DNA of 51,138 bases from Ruminococcus sp. (GCA_030525665.1 JAUNEH010000004.1:1-51138); one strand, 5' to 3'; positions 1 through 9,064 are shown, counted from the first letter of the stretch. The notes: generated by a model not told the origin, from the sequence alone. Numbers and translations: made by a program.

Positions 1-2
1 CC

Positions 3-629
3 ACCGAGGTACCTACTCAGCCTACAGTAGCGCCTACAAAGCCCACCGAGGTACCCACTCAGCCTACAGAAACTCCCACTGAGCCTTCCGTAGATAACTA
101 CATTTATCTTAAGTCTACATGGAGCAGTGTAAACTGCCATTCATGGCCCAACGGCGGCGAGGGTACAACTTGGCCCGGAACACCTATGGAAGCTTTAGGA
201 AATGGTATTTTCCGTATCCAGCTTCCTGAGGGTCACACAAACGTTGTATTTAACGGCGACGGCCAGCAGACAGGCGATATCGCTGTGGAGGGTACAGGCA
301 AAATCTACGACGGCGGGTGGTCTGATTACACAGGTGGCTCAAGCGATAACAACAATTCAGATAATATTCAGATTGCATCTGACTGCATTTACTTCAAAGA
401 TACCAACAACTGGGGCGGTGTAAACTGCCACTCATGGCCTAACGGTGGCGAGGGTACAACTTGGCCCGGCACAGCTATGGAGTCTTTGGGTAACGGTCTT
501 TACAAGATTAAGCTTCCCGATGGTCACACAAATGTTGTTTTCAACGGTGCAGGTCAGCAGACAGGCGACTTAACCGCTGAGTTTGGCAAAGCCTACAACA
601 ACGCCACAGGCCAGTGGGAAACTATCTAA
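3..629 (+). CDS. C-terminal part of a secreted starch-binding protein (Pro/Thr linker plus two CBM26-like modules); 5' end lies outside the window
   Basis: The frame of ORF 186..629 is open back to position 3 (TEVPTQPTVAPTKPTEVPTQP...). It has two repeats of VNCHSWPNGGEGTTWPGT.ME.LGNG...LP.GHTNVVFNG.GQQTGD, matching the W..WPG..M..F.N..QT.D pattern of CBM26-type starch-binding modules. Confidence 0.85.
   Translation, partial: TEVPTQPTVAPTKPTEVPTQPTETPTEPSVDNYIYLKSTWSSVNCHSWPNGGEGTTWPGTPMEALGNGIFRIQLPEGHTNVVFNGDGQQTGDIAVEGTGKIYDGGWSDYTGGSSDNNNSDNIQIASDCIYFKDTNNWGGVNCHSWPNGGEGTTWPGTAMESLGNGLYKIKLPDGHTNVVFNGAGQQTGDLTAEFGKAYNNATGQWETI
127..570 (+). repeat. Intragenic tandem duplication encoding the two CBM26-like modules
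   Basis: gtgtaaactgccattcatggcccaacggcggcgagggtacaacttggcccgg (about 127) recurs almost exactly at about 418. Confidence 0.85.
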
Positions 630-675
630 TCTTTTTAACTTGATATTTACCCTCTTAATTTATACACTCTTGTTT

Positions 676-708
676 ATTTCGCCCTCGGCTTTCGGGGGCG
701 AAATTTTT
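676..708 (+). terminator. Rho-independent terminator
   Basis: atttcgccctcgg-cttt-cgggggcgaaat hairpin followed by a T tract. Confidence 0.7.
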
Positions 709-788
709 GTGCATATAATTAATATCAAAGGGTTTGATTTTCCCAAAGAAAATTGTTATACTAACAATGTATGTTTGGAGATGAATTT

Positions 789-1679
789 ATGTTTGACTTA
801 ATTAAGCTTACCGATAGAACTTATTATTTCGATGTGCCTACCAAAATCGGCGTGTACAAATTAGACGATACAAAAGCAATGCTTGTGGATTCGGGCATTA
901 ACGCAAAAACTGCAAAGCGAGTTTTAAAAGGCCTTGAAGACGAGGGCTTGGAGGTAGCTTTTATTATCAACACCCATTCTCACACCGACCACGCAGGCGG
1001 TAATCGTTTTATTTGCGAAGAAACAGGATGCAGAGCTTATGCACCAGAGGTAGAAGACGTGTTGATTGAATATCCCGACGTGGAGGCTACCCTTGTTTAC
1101 GGTGGCTTTCCTTGCAGGGATTTTCGTAAAAAGTTTATGAATACCGAGCCTTGCAAAACCTATCCTTTGTCAGAGGCACCCTTGCCCGAGGGTATGGAGA
1201 TTTTCCCGCTATACGGTCATACGGCTCATATGATTGGCGTAAAAACGCCCGACGATGTATATTTTATTGCTGATGCTGTAAATGGGAAAAATGCCCTCGA
1301 CAAGGCAAAAATATGCTACGTTTACGATATTGATACACAGCTTCAAACTTTAGAAAAGCTCAAAGCGCTTGACGGCAAGCTGTGCGTGCCTGCACATACA
1401 GACCCTACCGAAAACGTTGCTTACCTTGCACAGATAAACGTAGAAAATCTACTTGAAATAAGAAAGCGGATTTTAAACGTTTTAAAAGAAAACCCTCTGA
1501 CCACCGAGCAGCTGACAGCTGAGCTTTGCCGTCAGTACGAGCTTAAGGAGGATTTTATGGGGCTTGTAATGGTGACTTCAAGTATCCGTTCTCACCTTGT
1601 AAGTCTCAGACACAAGGGAATTATCGATTGGTATATTGAGGACTACCTTCATTACTGGAAAATTGCAGAGGAGAAATGA
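789..1679 (+). CDS. MBL-fold metallo-hydrolase
   Basis: THSHTDHAGG (HxHxDH) motif, GHT and PAH motifs. GGAG RBS precedes the ATG at 789. Confidence 0.85.
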   Translation: MFDLIKLTDRTYYFDVPTKIGVYKLDDTKAMLVDSGINAKTAKRVLKGLEDEGLEVAFIINTHSHTDHAGGNRFICEETGCRAYAPEVEDVLIEYPDVEATLVYGGFPCRDFRKKFMNTEPCKTYPLSEAPLPEGMEIFPLYGHTAHMIGVKTPDDVYFIADAVNGKNALDKAKICYVYDIDTQLQTLEKLKALDGKLCVPAHTDPTENVAYLAQINVENLLEIRKRILNVLKENPLTTEQLTAELCRQYELKEDFMGLVMVTSSIRSHLVSLRHKGIIDWYIEDYLHYWKIAEEK

Positions 1680-2350
1680 GTATGAACTGCCCTAATTGCG
1701 GAGGACTTTTAAACCTTGAAAAAAGACATTGCGAATATTGCGACACCACATTTACCGAGGCGGAACTAAACCCCTCGGCAAAGGTACATACAGAAGAAAA
1801 TCCACAAAATGCAAAGGAGCCTGAACGTAAGAAAACCCTTACAGAGCTAAGGCAGGAGGAGCTTAAGAAAGAAAAGGCACAGCGTAAGGCAAATTCTAAT
1901 GCTGATGACTCCAATGATGTTGCTCTTGGTGCGGCTGTAATGGGTGTTTTCGGGCTTTTCTCGGGAGTACGCAGGTTTTTTCGCGAGCTTAAACGTACTG
2001 TTTGCTTCTTACTGTTAATAGCACTTGAGTGTGGCTTTGGCTATGTTGTCATCAGCGGCGTAGCCTCAGAGATTTTCGAAACAGATATTAAGAACTTTGC
2101 GTTACAAAACGGTATTATATTATTAAATGCACTTTTAGCAGGAATTATCTGCCGTATAGGGCGAATTCGCGTAGGTACGGCATTGGTTGCAATCGTAAAC
2201 CTTTTAGCCGTTGTGTGGACGTTTATCTACCCCTTAATAATAACAAATTTTGAGGGAGTAACTCCACAGTATGTTGCAATTCTCGCAATAATTGAAATGG
2301 CGGTTTTAGCCTTAAGCGTGCTTTTTGCACATCTTATCTATAGAAGATGA
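1676..2350 (+). CDS. Hypothetical membrane protein with an N-terminal zinc ribbon
   Basis: CPNCGG...CEYCD, a charged linker, then about 4-5 hydrophobic segments. The ATGA overlap couples it to the upstream gene. Confidence 0.7.
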   Translation: MSMNCPNCGGLLNLEKRHCEYCDTTFTEAELNPSAKVHTEENPQNAKEPERKKTLTELRQEELKKEKAQRKANSNADDSNDVALGAAVMGVFGLFSGVRRFFRELKRTVCFLLLIALECGFGYVVISGVASEIFETDIKNFALQNGIILLNALLAGIICRIGRIRVGTALVAIVNLLAVVWTFIYPLIITNFEGVTPQYVAILAIIEMAVLALSVLFAHLIYRR

Positions 2351-2359
2351 TGTTTAGCA

Positions 2360-2435
2360 GCAAGGGTGATTATCAACCGCCTGATAAGCCTTGATATAAA
2401 AAGACCCTTTCGGGTGGATGAAACCTGCCCCTACA
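2360..2435. repeat. Degenerate REP/REPIN-like element (GTAG family)
   Basis: Left arm gcaagggtgattatcaaccgcctg matches the reverse complement of 9026-9049 at 18/24 positions. Right arm is cgggtggatgaaacctgcccctaca. Confidence 0.55.
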
Positions 2436-2454
2436 ATGTAAATCTCAATATTAC

Positions 2455-2485
2455 TCCCGCCGCTAAAGGCGGGATGTTGTTTTTT
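2455..2485 (+). terminator. Rho-independent terminator
   Basis: tcccgcc-gctaaa-ggcggga hairpin followed by tgttgtttttt. Confidence 0.6.
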
Positions 2486-2620
2486 GAAGCAAAAATCAAC
2501 ATAATAGCACACAATTTGACTCTTTTTACCTTGGAATTTTGTAGGCACTTACATTGATTTTAATAGGCTTTAGTAGTAAAATGTAATATGTATTTTTGTA
2601 TCCTTAAAAGAGGTGTTATT

Positions 2621-3115
2621 ATGTGCTGTAATCATACAAAAAGCGACCTTACTTTAATCGAAGATGTGCTCAAGGAGTATGCCGACCAAAAAGGCTCGCT
2701 TATTACAATTTTACAGAAAACTCAGGATATTTACGGATATCTTCCCATTGACGTAATCTATCACATTGCAGAGCGTACAGGCTCTACCCCTGCGAGAGTA
2801 TTGGGTGTTGCTACCTTTTATGCTCAGTTCAGGCTTCAGCCTATCGGCAAGTACCTTATTATGCTTTGTCAGGGTACAGCCTGCCACGTAAACGGCAGTG
2901 AGCGAATCGAAGCTGCTATTAAGCAGGAGTTAGGCATCGAAGACGGTGAAACAACAGAGGACGGACTTTTTACTCTTAAAAACGTTGCGTGTCTTGGCTG
3001 TTGCTCTCTTTCTCCTGTAATGATGATTAACGATGAAACATATGGTTCTTTAACTCCCGACAAGGCTATTACTATACTTAACGAGCTTAAGGCAAAGGCG
3101 GAGGAAGAAAAATGA
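2621..3115 (+). CDS. NuoE/HydC-like [2Fe-2S] subunit (BfuC/StnA-like)
   Basis: CQGTACHVNG...CLGCCSLSP thioredoxin-like 2Fe-2S motif. GAGGTG RBS precedes the ATG at 2621. Confidence 0.9.
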   Translation: MCCNHTKSDLTLIEDVLKEYADQKGSLITILQKTQDIYGYLPIDVIYHIAERTGSTPARVLGVATFYAQFRLQPIGKYLIMLCQGTACHVNGSERIEAAIKQELGIEDGETTEDGLFTLKNVACLGCCSLSPVMMINDETYGSLTPDKAITILNELKAKAEEEK

Positions 3116-4863
3116 GAATTATAGTTGGTCAGGGCTCCTGCGGAATTGCTGCAGGTGCTATGAAAGTATATAACGCAATTGAAGAAAAGCTTGCAGTCTG
3201 TCCTGAGGTTTCTCTGGGCATTACAGGCTGTATCGGTATGTGTTACCTTGAGCCTATTGTAGATGTTTATGAGGGCGACGAGCTTTTTGCACGCTTTGTA
3301 AAGGTTAAGGAAGCTGACGCCGAGCGTATTTTAAAGGCAGTAAGCACCAAGGATTTAAGCGAAGCTACCGACATCCTTATTGCTGACGACGACAAGGCTT
3401 TTCTTTCTCAGCAGACAAGAATTGCACTTCGCAACTGCGGTATTATAGACCCCACAAGCATTGATGCCTACATAAACGCAGGCGGTTATGAGGCTATTAA
3501 AAAAGTCCTCGGCGGCATGACTCAGGATGATGTTATTGACGTAATCAAAACTTCAGGATTGGCAGGTCGAGGCGGTGCAGGCTTCCCGACGTGGTTCAAG
3601 TGGAATGCTGCAAAGGAGTCAAAAGGTGAAGAAAAATACCTTATCTGTAATGCTGACGAGGGCGACCCCGGTGCATTTATGGACAGAGCCGTTATCGAAA
3701 GCGACCCCCATACTCTTATTGAGGGTATGCTTATCGGTGCTTACACAATCGGTGCAAAAGAGGCTGTTGTTTATGTGCGTGCCGAGTACCCCCTTGCTAT
3801 CAAGAGATTACAGAAGGCTATTGAAGATGCAAAAGAGAAGAATCTTTTAGGTCAGAATATTTTAGGCACAGATTTTTCCTGCGAAATGCACATTAAAGCA
3901 GGTGCGGGTGCCTTTGTTTGCGGTGAGGAAACTGCTCTTATCGAGTCTTTGGAGGGTGAGCGCGGTATGCCCAGACTTAAGCCTCCTTTCCCTGCACAAA
4001 GCGGTTACTGGCAGAAGCCTTCAAACATCAACAACGTAGAGACTTTTGCTAACGTTGCGTGGATTATTAATAACGGCGGCGAGGCTTTTGCCGCTATGGG
4101 TACAGAAAACAGTAAGGGTACCAAGGTTTTTGCCCTTACAGGTAAAATCAAAAAGGGCGGCTTGGTTGAAATTCCTATGGGTAAAACCCTTAGGGACGTT
4201 ATCTACGGCATTGGCGGCGGAATTAAAAACGATGCTGAGTTCAAGGCTGTTCAGATGGGTGGCCCCTCAGGCGGTTGTATTCCCAAGGATTTGCTTGATA
4301 CAGTAATCGACTACAAAGCTCTTGGTGCAACCGGTGCAATTATGGGTTCAGGCGGTATGGTTGTTATGGACAGCTCAACCTGCATGGTATCTATGGCTAA
4401 GTTCTTCCTTGATTTTACCGCTAAGGAAAGCTGCGGCAAGTGCGTGCCCTGTAGAATCGGTACAAAGCGTATGCTTGAAATCTTAACCAGAATTTGTGAC
4501 GGCAAGGGTAAGGAAGGCGACATCGAGCTTCTTGAAGAGCTTTGCCTTGCTATTAAGGACGGCGCACTCTGCGGTCTGGGTCAGACTGCCCCCAACCCTG
4601 TGCTTACTACCATCCGTTATTTCAGAAATGAGTACGAAGCTCATATTAATGATAAAAAATGTCCTGCAAAAGAATGCAGTAACCTTATTACCTACGAAAT
4701 CGAGAGTGATAAGTGTAAGGGCTGTACATTATGTGCCAAAAAGTGCCCTGCGAATGCAATCAGCGGCGAGCTGAAGAGTGCTCACGTAATTAATCAGGAT
4801 ATGTGCATCAAGTGCGGTCAGTGTGTAACACTGTGCAAATTCGGTGCTATTAAAACTAACTAA
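3112..4863 (+). CDS. NuoF/HydB-like FMN/NADH-binding subunit (BfuB/StnB-like)
   Basis: GRGGAGFPT, CNADEGDPGAFMDR, GAFVCGEETAL, MGGPSGG, ESCGKCVPCRIG motifs, an N-terminal Trx-like domain and a C-terminal 2x[4Fe-4S] ferredoxin domain. Confidence 0.93.
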   Translation: MRIIVGQGSCGIAAGAMKVYNAIEEKLAVCPEVSLGITGCIGMCYLEPIVDVYEGDELFARFVKVKEADAERILKAVSTKDLSEATDILIADDDKAFLSQQTRIALRNCGIIDPTSIDAYINAGGYEAIKKVLGGMTQDDVIDVIKTSGLAGRGGAGFPTWFKWNAAKESKGEEKYLICNADEGDPGAFMDRAVIESDPHTLIEGMLIGAYTIGAKEAVVYVRAEYPLAIKRLQKAIEDAKEKNLLGQNILGTDFSCEMHIKAGAGAFVCGEETALIESLEGERGMPRLKPPFPAQSGYWQKPSNINNVETFANVAWIINNGGEAFAAMGTENSKGTKVFALTGKIKKGGLVEIPMGKTLRDVIYGIGGGIKNDAEFKAVQMGGPSGGCIPKDLLDTVIDYKALGATGAIMGSGGMVVMDSSTCMVSMAKFFLDFTAKESCGKCVPCRIGTKRMLEILTRICDGKGKEGDIELLEELCLAIKDGALCGLGQTAPNPVLTTIRYFRNEYEAHINDKKCPAKECSNLITYEIESDKCKGCTLCAKKCPANAISGELKSAHVINQDMCIKCGQCVTLCKFGAIKTN

Positions 4864-4875
4864 GGAGGTGTCGTT

Positions 4876-6912
4876 ATGGATAAAATCAAACTTACTATCA
4901 ATGGTACGGAAGTATTGGCAAATAACGGCGACACCGTACTTACTGCCGCAAAAAATGCAGGTATAGAAATTCCCACCCTTTGCCATCACGAGAGTGTTAA
5001 GGTTTTCGGTGCTTGCGGAATTTGTGTTGTTGAGGCTGAGGGTATTCCAAAGCTTCTCAGAGCCTGCAGTGCAAAGGTGTCTGAGGGTATGGTAATAAAT
5101 ACCGAAAGTGAAAGAGTAGTAAAAGCTCGTAAAGTTGCCTTGGAGCTTTTAATGAGTGACCATATTGGTGACTGTGTGGCTCCTTGCTCGCTTAACTGCC
5201 CTGCAGGTACAGATTGTCAGGGTTATATTAAGGCGATTGCAAACGGCAACGACAACGAGGCTGTGAAAATTATTAAGGAAAAGCTTCCTCTGCCTGCTTC
5301 TATCGGCAGAGTTTGTCCTCATCCTTGTGAGTCTAATTGCCGCAGAAAACTTGTAGAAGAGCCTATGAGTATAGCTTTTCTTAAATACTTTGCCGCAGAT
5401 AATGATATGAACAGTGCAACCCCCTTTAAGCCCGAGGTGGCTGAAAGCACAGGCAAAAAAGTCGCTGTTATCGGCGGTGGCCCTGCAGGTTTGACTGCCG
5501 CGTATTTCTTAAGTGTTAAGGGTCATAAGGTAACAATATTTGATGCTATGCCTAAAATGGGCGGTATGCTTCGCTACGGCATCCCCGAGTACAGACTTCC
5601 CAAGGCTGTTTTAGATAAAGAGATTGAGCAAATCGCAAGTCTTGGCGTTGAAATGAAAAATAACGTGAAAATCGGCAAGGACATTACTTTTGCAGATATC
5701 CGTAAATGTTTTGACGCAACCTTGGTTGCAATCGGTGCATGGAGCAGTATGTCTACCCGTACAAAAGGCGAAGAGCTTGAGGGCGTTGTAGGCGGTATTG
5801 ATTTTCTCAGAACAGTTGCCGAGGGAAACCCCATGGATATCGGCGAAAAGGTTGCTGTTGTTGGCGGCGGTAACACCGCAATGGACGCTTGCCGCAGTGC
5901 CGTTCGTCTTGGTGCCAAAGAGGTTTACGTTATTTATCGTAGAACACGAGCTGAAATGCCTGCCGAGGATATCGAGATTGAGGAGGCAATGGAAGAAGGC
6001 GTCACCTTTAAGTTCCTTACAAATCCCGACGAATACATTGGCGAAAACGGCAGAGTTAAGACTGTTAAATTACAGGTTATGGAGCTTGGAGAGCCTGATG
6101 CAAGCGGCAGGCGTTCACCTGTGCCTGTTGAGGGTAAATTTGAATACCTTGACGTTGACACAGTAATTGCCGCTATCGGTCAGAAGGTAGACGTTAAGGG
6201 TTTTGAGGAGTTAGAGCTAAATAACCGCGGTATTATTTCTGCTGACGAGTTTACCTTCCGCACAAATCTATCTGACGTTTTTGCAGTTGGCGATGCCACA
6301 AACCGCGGTGCATCCATTGCAATTGCCGCTATCGGTGAGGCTAACAAGGCGGCAGAGGTTATTGACAGCTTCCTTAAGGGCGACTGTGTGCCTTACATTA
6401 AACCGTATGTAAGTGAACGCGAAGTAACTGCCGAAATGCTTAGCGATAAAGAGAAAAGACCAAGAGTAAAGATGCCTGTTCGCACTCCTGAGGAAAGAAA
6501 GCACGATTTTAAGGAAATCAACTTAGGCTTTAGTGAAGAAGAGGCAAGAAATGAAGCGAAACGTTGCCTTGAGTGCGGTTGTCATGACTTTAAGGATTGC
6601 TCGCTTATTAAGCACGCTAACCGTTATGTAATCGACCCTTATCGTTTTGAGGGCGTTAAGCACAAAAGCTTCGTGGAAGAAAGCCTTGTTTCTATCGAGC
6701 GAAATCAGGGCAAGTGTATCCTTTGCTCACTTTGTGTCAGAGTTTGCGACGAGGTTGCTAAGAAGGGCATCTTAGGTTTAGTAGGCAGAGGCTTTGATAC
6801 AGCCATTAAGCCCGAGTTCAATAACCCCGAAACCATTCAGTGTTGTTTAACTTGTAAAAAATGTGCCGAAGCCTGCCCCACAGGCGCACTTAAAATTTTA
6901 AATAATACTTAA
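4876..6912 (+). CDS. Fe-S/FAD NADP(H)-binding subunit: NuoG-type [2Fe-2S] domain, GltD/NfnB-like domain and 2x[4Fe-4S] domain (BfuA/StnC-like)
   Basis: IPTLC..GACGICVVE..RAC; APCSLNCP, GRVCPHPCE, GGGPAG, GGGNTAMD, YRRT; CILCSLCVRVC, CLTCKKCAEACP. No H-cluster or molybdopterin domain. Confidence 0.88.
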   Translation: MDKIKLTINGTEVLANNGDTVLTAAKNAGIEIPTLCHHESVKVFGACGICVVEAEGIPKLLRACSAKVSEGMVINTESERVVKARKVALELLMSDHIGDCVAPCSLNCPAGTDCQGYIKAIANGNDNEAVKIIKEKLPLPASIGRVCPHPCESNCRRKLVEEPMSIAFLKYFAADNDMNSATPFKPEVAESTGKKVAVIGGGPAGLTAAYFLSVKGHKVTIFDAMPKMGGMLRYGIPEYRLPKAVLDKEIEQIASLGVEMKNNVKIGKDITFADIRKCFDATLVAIGAWSSMSTRTKGEELEGVVGGIDFLRTVAEGNPMDIGEKVAVVGGGNTAMDACRSAVRLGAKEVYVIYRRTRAEMPAEDIEIEEAMEEGVTFKFLTNPDEYIGENGRVKTVKLQVMELGEPDASGRRSPVPVEGKFEYLDVDTVIAAIGQKVDVKGFEELELNNRGIISADEFTFRTNLSDVFAVGDATNRGASIAIAAIGEANKAAEVIDSFLKGDCVPYIKPYVSEREVTAEMLSDKEKRPRVKMPVRTPEERKHDFKEINLGFSEEEARNEAKRCLECGCHDFKDCSLIKHANRYVIDPYRFEGVKHKSFVEESLVSIERNQGKCILCSLCVRVCDEVAKKGILGLVGRGFDTAIKPEFNNPETIQCCLTCKKCAEACPTGALKILNNT

Positions 6913-6921
6913 GATACAAAC

Positions 6922-6957
6922 GCTAACCGCCTTGCTTAAAAAAGTAAGGCGGTTAGC
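6922..6957. terminator. Hairpin between convergent genes (likely terminator)
   Basis: gctaaccgccttgctt-aaaa-aagtaaggcggttagc. Confidence 0.7.
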
Positions 6958-6994
6958 TGTAGGGAATAGAAGATTAATTAAATTGTATATAAAG

Positions 6995-8692
6995 TTAAGA
7001 TTTGTATAAATCTTGGGCTAATTTTTCTAAAGCAAGGAAATCTTGTTTGCCGCCGTTCTCTTTATGCGGGATTTTGTTTATTTCCTTGATTAACTTAGGA
7101 ATTTCATACTCCTTAAGGCTACTTTTACAGGCGTTTTCGATTTCCTTAAGCAAAGAAGGGTTGTTTTTGTTGCCCTTTGTAAATTCTACAAAAGCAACAG
7201 GAACAGTATCGTTTTCTCCTGCTAAAGTTCCCACAACGACACACTCTCTCACAAAGTCGAAATGCTGTATAAGATTCTCAATATTGTCAGGAGCAATTTT
7301 GTATCCCAACTTATCAATAATAAGCCTGCGAGTTCTTCCTTTTAGGTACACGAAGCCATCCTCGTTTATATATGCAAGGTCGCCTGTGTGTACCCATTCT
7401 CTATCGTTGTGAACTCTCTTGATTTTGACGGTTTCGTCTGGCACGTCGAGGTATCCTTTGAACAGCGATGTCGAGCTTAAGCAAAGTTCTCCTACTTCTC
7501 CATCTTCAAGCATAGCTTCAGTATCCACATCAAATGTCTTTGCGATTATTCCGTAGCCAGGGACACCTATTGAACCGGGTCTGTTAGCATACATTGGTGA
7601 AACCACAGCAGCACCCACTACTTCATTGTTTCCATAACCATTTACGACAGGAGTATCAAACATAAGCTGCCATTGTATAGCCTCTTCCTCTGATAACTTA
7701 TCTCCGCCCGAAATAAACACACTGACACTATCTAAGCAAGTTTTGATTCTGTCAAATTCTTTTACACTTTCTTCGTTAGACTGCTTTTTTAATTCAAGCA
7801 TCTTATTATATAAATACCTATAATACACAGGAACTCCGTATACATAATCGAACTGCCCCAGATGCTGATAAATCATATCCTCGACCGGTTTGGTGGTATA
7901 TATTGTTTCAGAACCTAAAACCAAACCTGTATAGATAGAGTCTACTAAACCATATATTACCCAAGGTGGAGCACAAACTAAGCTTTTCTTTTTCTGATAA
8001 AGCGGTAAATCTAAATGTGCTACCATTTTGATTGCGGCATTAAAATTATAATCGGTATGAACTATTGATTTTGACTGTCCTGTGCTACCACTTGACTGAA
8101 CTATAATTGTGGGCTTGTTCATAACAAACTGTGCAGGTTCACAGTCTGTGTCAACAGCACTTTCGATATAGTCTTTGTAAATAAAAAACCTATTATCAAG
8201 AACTCTTGTGATCTCTTCTGGTGGTTTACCCAGAGGAAACCATGCTTTAACGACTATAACTCTTTCAAGTTGAGTGTATTCTATAATTCCTGCTACAATA
8301 GGAAGCAGAGCTTCAAAAACAATCAATGTTTTGACACCGTGCATATTGATATGAGCGAGCATATCTGTAGGCTTTGCACTGGCATCCATCCAATAAGAAG
8401 ATGCACCTATTTTATTAATTCCCAGTAGAACAGGAGCCACTTCGGGAACCGTAAGCAAGCAAACTCCTACAATATCTCCATCTTTAATTCCGTCTTGTGT
8501 GAGTGCCGCAGCAAGTTTATCTGCGTCAGATTTAAGTTGCGAGAATGTAAGTCTTTGTCCTAAATATGCGGCATAGTAATCTTCCATGTTGTTTTTATTG
8601 ATGTTCATAACCAAGCTATATAAAGTTTGGCAAACGTCAAAGTCTCTTATGGGCTCCTTTCTGTGGTATTTAGATAAAAACATTTCTTCCAT
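6995..8692 (-). CDS. Class I adenylate-forming enzyme (acyl-CoA synthetase / AMP-binding family)
   Basis: SSGSTGQSKS P-loop, NGYGNNE, GELC, HTGDLAY, GR motifs and a C-terminal GK lysine. GGAGG RBS precedes the ATG at 8692. Confidence 0.9.
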   Translation of the reverse strand: MEEMFLSKYHRKEPIRDFDVCQTLYSLVMNINKNNMEDYYAAYLGQRLTFSQLKSDADKLAAALTQDGIKDGDIVGVCLLTVPEVAPVLLGINKIGASSYWMDASAKPTDMLAHINMHGVKTLIVFEALLPIVAGIIEYTQLERVIVVKAWFPLGKPPEEITRVLDNRFFIYKDYIESAVDTDCEPAQFVMNKPTIIVQSSGSTGQSKSIVHTDYNFNAAIKMVAHLDLPLYQKKKSLVCAPPWVIYGLVDSIYTGLVLGSETIYTTKPVEDMIYQHLGQFDYVYGVPVYYRYLYNKMLELKKQSNEESVKEFDRIKTCLDSVSVFISGGDKLSEEEAIQWQLMFDTPVVNGYGNNEVVGAAVVSPMYANRPGSIGVPGYGIIAKTFDVDTEAMLEDGEVGELCLSSTSLFKGYLDVPDETVKIKRVHNDREWVHTGDLAYINEDGFVYLKGRTRRLIIDKLGYKIAPDNIENLIQHFDFVRECVVVGTLAGENDTVPVAFVEFTKGNKNNPSLLKEIENACKSSLKEYEIPKLIKEINKIPHKENGGKQDFLALEKLAQDLYKS

Positions 8693-8705
8693 AGAGATTC
8701 CTCCT

Positions 8706-8856
8706 AAAAATAAAAAGTGCGTGACCAAAGCCACGCACTAAAAACGTAGCTCTGTTCCTGTTGCGACACAGTTCATCCCAAACGGTATGACAAAACAAAG
8801 CATACATTTTTAACAAAAGTATGCCCGTTTGGGAGAATATTAAACTGTGTCGCAAG
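8706..8856 (-). ncRNA. Candidate structured 5' leader / attenuator RNA of unknown class
   Basis: A 13-bp outer stem (8761-8773 with 8843-8855), a 10-bp inner stem (8776-8785 with 8825-8834), then a terminator (8716-8739 plus U tract) with a competing 8-bp antiterminator. Confidence 0.55.
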
Positions 8857-8860
8857 ATAA

Positions 8861-8889
8861 ATTATACCACGTTATAGTGCTAAAGTAAA
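8861..8889 (-). promoter_or_regulatory. SigA-type promoter for the leader and acyl-CoA ligase gene
   Basis: On the minus strand: TTTACT, 17 bp, TATAAT with an extended -10 TG. Confidence 0.7.
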
Positions 8890-8998
8890 CTTAGAGTTTT
8901 ACATAAAATAAAAACCTTCCATTTGTGAAAAACGGAAGGTTTTGTGTGATGGCAGATAAAATCAGCCCGAAAAGCGGAGATATAAAGTAAATGTTATG

Positions 8999-9049
8999 GT
9001 AGGTATAAATGTCCTCCGTGGCTAACGGGCGATTGATAATCGCCCCTAT
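8999..9049. repeat. REP-like palindrome (GTAG family)
   Basis: cgggcgattgataatcgcccctat, with a degenerate gtagg arm upstream. Confidence 0.55.
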
Positions 9050-9064
9050 GAACGTAAATATAGG

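Noticed and set aside
2486-2620. Rex operator upstream of the nuoEF-like operon
   Set aside because: No convincing TTGTGAA-N4-TTCACAA palindrome found.
2621-6912. [FeFe]-hydrogenase or respiratory complex I operon
   Set aside because: No H-cluster motifs (TSCCP, MPC..K..E, MAC..GC..GGG) and no membrane Nuo subunits.
8670-8855. 61-aa minus-strand ORF as a leader peptide
   Set aside because: It starts with TTG at the predicted transcription start with no RBS and runs through the terminator. The RNA structure explains the region better.
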